Position numbers and translations under genes: made by a program. Below are positions 58,768 through 64,000 of a stretch of DNA of 64,000 nt, in pieces. Position 1 is the first letter of the stretch. Every line of letters starts with the position of its first letter. Source of the DNA: Nitrosopumilus sp. GTDB taxonomy: Archaea; Thermoproteota; Nitrososphaeria; Nitrososphaerales; Nitrosopumilaceae. The notes beneath the pieces were generated by a model that worked only from the letters and a program-made list of their open reading frames with translations, ran no database searches and was not told where the DNA came from. The stretch covers positions 928,001 through 992,000 of the forward strand of contig OZ242220.1 of NCBI GenBank assembly GCA_965206745.1. The letters run 5' to 3'.

Positions 58768-60150
58768 TTAACTTGGGGCGATCATGGAACTTTTTTTAGC
58801 TTCCAATTCTTCTAACGAGTTTTTTTGAAGATTTCCAAAGAACTCTGCAATCATATCAATGCCTGCCACAACCTTTGGGGCATTGTTTTTTACAAATTCA
58901 AGTTTTTCAGAATGAGACTTTGGCCTGCTTTGAAGGTATTGCTGGTATGTTTTGGCCCCATCATAGTCAACATATGCAATTCTTGCACTAAAGTCAGTCC
59001 TTTCCAAAACAAGGCTGTCCCCGCCCACAATTGCAGTGTGGTAAGGGTGCAAGATTAGTGATTCAGATAACTTTTGGGATGTGGTGATCTTGGCTTTGTG
59101 TAAATCAGGTGCAAACGAGTTAAAGTCAGCCAAGAGATAAAACGTTGCATCAGGTCTTGTCGCCTTAACCCCCTCGATGGCAGTTAAAGCATGGTATGTA
59201 TAGTCGCCCATAATCTGATGAATGCTTCGTGTCACCTCAAAATACTCGTCCATCTCTTTGCTTATCTCAAATCCTGCAACGGCAGCATGCTGTATTGGTG
59301 TTGATACGGCAGTATATTCAGTTGCAAGTATTTTTTTGAATTGCAGTTTCAGATCTACTGCATGCTGTGGAAATATAACATAGCCTAACCTGTAGCCGCC
59401 GGCAGCATGTGATTTTGACAGACCGTTTGTAACAAACGTTCCTTCAGGATAGATCTTTCCCATGCTAACAAATTTTGAAAAGTCATACGTGGTAAGCGCA
59501 TAAATTTCATCGGAGATAACGGTGATGTTCTGCTCTCTGCACACGTCTGCAATCTCCTCTAACTCCAATCTATCATACAATAGTCCCGTAGGGTTGTGAG
59601 GATTGTTTAGTATCAAAATCTTTTGTCGGTCTTGCAGTCGTAGCGCTAGTTTTCTCAGGTCACTTGGAGAGATCTTTTTATTGGCACGGGTAGGCAGCAT
59701 GTGATAGTTTTTTTTGAGAAACCTGATTTGTGGAAGGTATCCAAGCCATGCAGGGGTCGGCAAAATGACGGTACCATGCAAAACCTCCAACAGGTTGAAG
59801 ATTAGTTCTTTGGTTCCAGGTCCAACATAGATTCGCTGAGGTGCTATGTCCATGTCAAAATAATGCTTGTTGTATTTTGATATGGCAATTCTTAATTCCG
59901 GAATTCCAGGAACCGCAGCATATGCCCCCTTGTCGGCATTTCGAACTAACGCCTCTTGAATCAATTTGGGTACGGGGAATGGGGATTGGCCAAACGCAAA
60001 ACCGTAGAACCCGAAATGGCATTCAGGGCTTGGGCAGTCAGAGTGAAATTCCTGCAAAAACGTGTTTAATTTCAGGTTCTCAGGCATCTCGATGTCCTCC
60101 ACCTGCTGATCAACTATAAACTTCAATGATGTATCTAATCCAGATTCCAA
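58768..60150 (-). CDS. PLP-dependent aminotransferase class I/II
   Basis: GQSPFP, NNPHNPTG, SDEIY, GLSKSHAAGGYRLG. Confidence 0.92.
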   Translation of the reverse strand: MESGLDTSLKFIVDQQVEDIEMPENLKLNTFLQEFHSDCPSPECHFGFYGFAFGQSPFPVPKLIQEALVRNADKGAYAAVPGIPELRIAISKYNKHYFDMDIAPQRIYVGPGTKELIFNLLEVLHGTVILPTPAWLGYLPQIRFLKKNYHMLPTRANKKISPSDLRKLALRLQDRQKILILNNPHNPTGLLYDRLELEEIADVCREQNITVISDEIYALTTYDFSKFVSMGKIYPEGTFVTNGLSKSHAAGGYRLGYVIFPQHAVDLKLQFKKILATEYTAVSTPIQHAAVAGFEISKEMDEYFEVTRSIHQIMGDYTYHALTAIEGVKATRPDATFYLLADFNSFAPDLHKAKITTSQKLSESLILHPYHTAIVGGDSLVLERTDFSARIAYVDYDGAKTYQQYLQSRPKSHSEKLEFVKNNAPKVVAGIDMIAEFFGNLQKNSLEELEAKKSSMIAPS

Positions 60151-60196
60151 TTATAGATAAAACGTGAAATAGAAAATATCAAAGAGTTAGATTTTA

Positions 60197-62122
60197 TCAA
60201 CCCAATTTTTCGATTTCATCTAATATGTGGGGGTTTTCAAGGGCAGATAGATCCCCAAGATCATCTCCCAGTAATTTGGATTTTAGCAGTCTGCGCATGA
60301 TCTTGCCGGTCCTAGTCTTTGGGAGATCTGATAACTCGAGGACAAATTTGGGCTTGGCCACCTTGCCGATTTTTTCAGAGATATGATCTGAGATCTCTGA
60401 TGCTACCACGCTTTGAGACTTTTTGTCTGCCACGAAAAACACTACAATTGCCTCCCCAGTAATGGGATCTGGGATTGCAATGGATGCAGCATCAGATATC
60501 CTGTCGTGTGAAATTACCGTATGTTCAATTTCTGCAGTGCTCATCCTGTGGCCTGATACGTTAATCACATCATCAGTTCGCCCACGCATGTACCAGAGGC
60601 CATCTTTGTCGACAAAAACATAATCACCGTGAAACCAAATCTCTTTGAATCTGGACCAATATGTCTCCAAGTATCGCTTGTCGTCATTTAGCAGACTGCG
60701 TGTCATTGCAGGCCATGGTGATTTTATCACAAGGTATCCGTTTTGGCCCCGTACCGAGTTCAGATCATCATCAACTGCATCCAAATCCATTCCAGGTACC
60801 GGTATGCCGACTGTGGATGGCTTTAGCTTCATTCCTGGAAACACAGACAGCATCGCCCCGCCTATCTCGGTACCGCCAGACAGATTCATGATGGGAACTT
60901 TTTTGTTTCCGACTTTTTCATAAAGCCACCGCCAAGAATCCTCATCAAGTGGCTCCCCTGTTGTAGGAATGTTTTTTATTTTATCCAGAGGGAATAGCTT
61001 TAGCGGCTCAGCGTGATTTTTTTTAAACATTCTCACAGCAGTCGGCGATATTCCAAAAATTGTCGCATTATACTCGTAAAGCATCCTCCAGATCCTATCA
61101 GATGCCGGAAAATCCAACGCCCCATCATAAATTACTGCACTGGCACCCATAATCAGCAGGCCGTAAACATTCCACACCAGTCCCGTAATCCAGCCAATGT
61201 CTGCAGGCCAAAACAAGATATCCTGAGCCTGCGTGTCAACAAGATACGCGGATTGGTGACCTGCAAACACAGAAAAGCCGCCATGGGTGTGGACTGCCCC
61301 CTTTGGCTTTCCCGTGGTGCCAGAGGTGTACAAAATGAACAGGGGATCCTCTGAATCGAGAATCTCGGTTCTGCACACTGCATCCTGGGAGGATACAAGT
61401 TTATCGTAAAAGACAACATCTTCAGATTCTATATATTGATCCTCCCCCTTGTATGGGATTACGATAGTCTTTTCAACTGCCGTATCCCTTAACGCATCCT
61501 GTGCAGGTTGCTTTTGCGAGACTGCTTTTCCCTTGCGATAAAACCCGTCAGATATGATCAGAATTTTGGCGTTGCAGTCCTTTAACCGCACATGCAGAGA
61601 CTCTGAGCTATAGCCGGAAAAAATTACAGTCTGGATTGCACCGATTTTTGCAGCCGCAAGAATTGACAGTATTGCCTCCTCGATCATTGGAAGGTATATT
61701 GCAACCACGTCACCCTTTTTGACACCCAGGGATTTCAACCCGTTTGCAAGTTTTGAAACTTTGAAATCAAGCTCAGAGTATGTCGTTTTTGATCTTTTGC
61801 CATCCTCGGACTCAAAATAGTATGCAACTTTGTCAGGCGAGTGTCTTGCAAATTTTTCAACTGATGATTTGTAGATGTTTGTCTTGCCATTGACAAACCA
61901 CTTGGACCATGCAGTCCCTTTGGAGACATCTAGGATCTTCTCGTATGGGGCATCCCAGATAATTCCCATGTCCTCATCCACTGATTTCCAAAACCACTCC
62001 GGATCATCTCTGGCTCTCTGGGAGAGATCCTCCAAGGATGAGATGCCGTGTTTTTGCATAAATCTGTAAATGTTGGATTCCTGAATCTGTTTTTTGGTTG
62101 GGATGAATTCAAATTCAGACAA
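60197..62122 (-). CDS. AMP-forming acyl-CoA synthetase (acetyl-CoA synthetase family)
   Basis: LYTSGTTGKPKG, GRTDDVINVSGHR, PKTRTGKIMRR; TTG start assumed to avoid overlap. Confidence 0.92.
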   Translation of the reverse strand: MSEFEFIPTKKQIQESNIYRFMQKHGISSLEDLSQRARDDPEWFWKSVDEDMGIIWDAPYEKILDVSKGTAWSKWFVNGKTNIYKSSVEKFARHSPDKVAYYFESEDGKRSKTTYSELDFKVSKLANGLKSLGVKKGDVVAIYLPMIEEAILSILAAAKIGAIQTVIFSGYSSESLHVRLKDCNAKILIISDGFYRKGKAVSQKQPAQDALRDTAVEKTIVIPYKGEDQYIESEDVVFYDKLVSSQDAVCRTEILDSEDPLFILYTSGTTGKPKGAVHTHGGFSVFAGHQSAYLVDTQAQDILFWPADIGWITGLVWNVYGLLIMGASAVIYDGALDFPASDRIWRMLYEYNATIFGISPTAVRMFKKNHAEPLKLFPLDKIKNIPTTGEPLDEDSWRWLYEKVGNKKVPIMNLSGGTEIGGAMLSVFPGMKLKPSTVGIPVPGMDLDAVDDDLNSVRGQNGYLVIKSPWPAMTRSLLNDDKRYLETYWSRFKEIWFHGDYVFVDKDGLWYMRGRTDDVINVSGHRMSTAEIEHTVISHDRISDAASIAIPDPITGEAIVVFFVADKKSQSVVASEISDHISEKIGKVAKPKFVLELSDLPKTRTGKIMRRLLKSKLLGDDLGDLSALENPHILDEIEKLG

Positions 62123-62162
62123 TGCCTGATTTTTTAAAACCCACACAGGGTAAAAAGATTTT

Positions 62163-62426
62163 TCATGAAATCTCGATTCCCAGCCGTCTTGCACATGCAA
62201 TGGCTGCCTTTCCTGAATCCTCGTCAATTCCGGCAGATTCCAGTTTTTGGGTCCACAGGGATTCTGTCCCTTGAGTGTTCTCACGATAGTATTCCCTCAA
62301 GATCGTGCCTATCCGGCCATCTAATTTCTCCCTAGTGGCATCATTCATGTTTTTTTGAAGGATGGTGGCATCAGACGCTGCGAGGATTTTGATAAACTCG
62401 ACATCCTCCAAAGATAGTTCAGGCAT
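62163..62426 (-). CDS. Hypothetical protein
   Basis: Coupled to the gatB stop. Confidence 0.75.
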   Translation of the reverse strand: MPELSLEDVEFIKILAASDATILQKNMNDATREKLDGRIGTILREYYRENTQGTESLWTQKLESAGIDEDSGKAAIACARRLGIEIS

Positions 62427-63832
62427 CAGACACCAATCTGTCTTTTCAGTATCTCAAGGGTCAGCACCGGATCTGCCTTTCCCCTAGTCTTTTGCATCAC
62501 TTTGCCTACCAGATAGTGGATGGTCTCAGGGTTTGATTTGGCCTGCTCGGATGCCTGCGTCTCCTCTGAGATTACTTGTGCGATAATTTTGAATAATTCA
62601 GATTCGTCTGAGACATTTCCAAGATCAAGTTCGGAGATCACAGCAGAGAGATCCTTGCCTGATTTTAAAATTTCATGCAATGCATTCTTGGATGAATTTC
62701 TAGAGACGCTTCCGGATTCAATTGCGTCTGCAAGGTCTCGCAGATGGGTCGAGGTAAATTTTGATGCCTCCCGCTTCTCCCGGGTATCTACCAGGCCCAT
62801 CAACTCTGTAGTGATGATGTTGGCCACCTCCTTGGCATTTCTCAGAGTGTGCGCCTGCTCAAACAGATCCGAATAATACTTGTCAGATGAGAGCACGTCA
62901 GCTACCTGTGCGGGAATGTCATATTTTGAGATGTATCTCTCTTTTTTGGAACTAATACTTTCAGGCATCTCAGATTGCAATCTCTTCTGTACCTCAGGGT
63001 CCATCCTAACCCATGGAATGTCCCCCTCGAGAAAATACCTATAGTCAAGATCCTCCTCCTTGGAGCGTGATGATACAGTTATCTTTCGCTGGTCATCCCA
63101 ATGGCGGGTTTCCTGAAGAACTTTAATCTCTCTGGAGTGGAGGCTTTTTTGTCGCGTGATTTCATAATGGACTGCCTTTTCCAAATCGTGAAACGAGCCG
63201 ATGTTTTTAATTTCAACTTTTTTGCCGCCTTCAACTGAGACATTTGCATCGGCCCTCATTGCACCCTCCAAACTGGGATCGGCGACCCCGAGATTTGCAA
63301 GGATATCAGACAGGATGTTTAGAAAGTCCCTGACTTCCTTTGGGGTCTCAAAATCCGGCTCCGTGACAATCTCAACTAGGGGGGTTCCTGCACGATTGTA
63401 ATCGACTAGGGTGATCAGATTCTTTGATGAGCTTCCCTCGTAAATCAGGCGTCCGGGATCCTCCTCGAGCTGAATTCGGGTTATCCTGATTTTTTTACTC
63501 CCCACCATTATGGAGCCTGAGCCTCCCACGCTGGTGTCCCCATAGATGTTCAATTGCGTGATCTGAAAGTTTTTTGGGGAATCAGGATAAAAATAATTTT
63601 TTCTAAAAAATGCAATCTTTTGAGGAACGGTACAGTTTAGAGCCATTGCAATTATCGTTGCCTTTTTGACTGCCTCCTGATTCAGCCTAGGCAGACTGCC
63701 TGGCAGACCCATGCATACGGGACAGATGTTTTCATTAATCCCAAATTCCCTATAGTTTGCCTTGCATGGACAAAACAGCTTGCTGTTGAGATCAGTCAAC
63801 TGGCAGTGAATCTCCAGCCCTATCATCGTCAT
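62426..63832 (-). CDS. gatB: Asp/Glu-tRNA amidotransferase subunit B
   Basis: IGLEIHCQL, RKNYFYPD, DYNRAGTPLVEIVTEP. Confidence 0.97.
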   Translation of the reverse strand: MTMIGLEIHCQLTDLNSKLFCPCKANYREFGINENICPVCMGLPGSLPRLNQEAVKKATIIAMALNCTVPQKIAFFRKNYFYPDSPKNFQITQLNIYGDTSVGGSGSIMVGSKKIRITRIQLEEDPGRLIYEGSSSKNLITLVDYNRAGTPLVEIVTEPDFETPKEVRDFLNILSDILANLGVADPSLEGAMRADANVSVEGGKKVEIKNIGSFHDLEKAVHYEITRQKSLHSREIKVLQETRHWDDQRKITVSSRSKEEDLDYRYFLEGDIPWVRMDPEVQKRLQSEMPESISSKKERYISKYDIPAQVADVLSSDKYYSDLFEQAHTLRNAKEVANIITTELMGLVDTREKREASKFTSTHLRDLADAIESGSVSRNSSKNALHEILKSGKDLSAVISELDLGNVSDESELFKIIAQVISEETQASEQAKSNPETIHYLVGKVMQKTRGKADPVLTLEILKRQIGV

Positions 63833-64000
63833 ATTGGTACCTCCGGCAAACTTACAGTCTGCTCTAATGCGTATGCTGCCTGAAGAAGCAATTTATCATT
63901 TGATGAATCAGCCATCAGTTGGATTCCAATTGGCAGGCCGTTTGAAATTGCATAGGGGATGGAGATTGCAGGCTTTCCTGTGAGATTTGCAGTTATGGTA
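63829..64000 (-). CDS. gatA: Amidotransferase subunit A, 3' end (partial)
   Basis: TITANLTGKPAISIP...GLPIGIQL...LLQAAYALEQ; stop overlaps the gatB start. Confidence 0.9.
   Translation of the reverse strand, partial: TITANLTGKPAISIPYAISNGLPIGIQLMADSSNDKLLLQAAYALEQTVSLPEVPI

Overview
Core-genome window of an ammonia-oxidising archaeon (Nitrosopumilus-like Thaumarchaeota/Nitrososphaerota), inferred from gene content and protein style. It carries the rpl3-rpl6 ribosomal protein operon, proteasome alpha, an ESCRT-III/CdvB paralogue, ccdA plus a redoxin, the bioF/B/A/D cluster, HMG-CoA synthase, GAPDH, thrC, thiolase/DUF35, purK/purE, ilvA, a class III nucleotide cyclase, PduO, gatA/gatB, tRNA-Asn and tRNA-Phe. 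No rRNA or CRISPR array was seen. The main observation is an identical BirA-type operator (GTTAACC-N14-GGTTAAC) lying 13-14 bp upstream of the TATA box of both bioB and the ribosomal operon, which suggests biotin-sensing control of ribosome synthesis. Other highlights are four clustered intergenic 22-bp palindromes near tRNA-Asn, an origin-like inverted-repeat region with tiny coupled ORFs, decayed ISH3 and IS66 transposases, a MORN-repeat surface protein next to tRNA-Phe, an orphan antitoxin-like gene, tandem-repeat expansions in several proteins and several unannotated microproteins. All calls were made by eye, without database searches.
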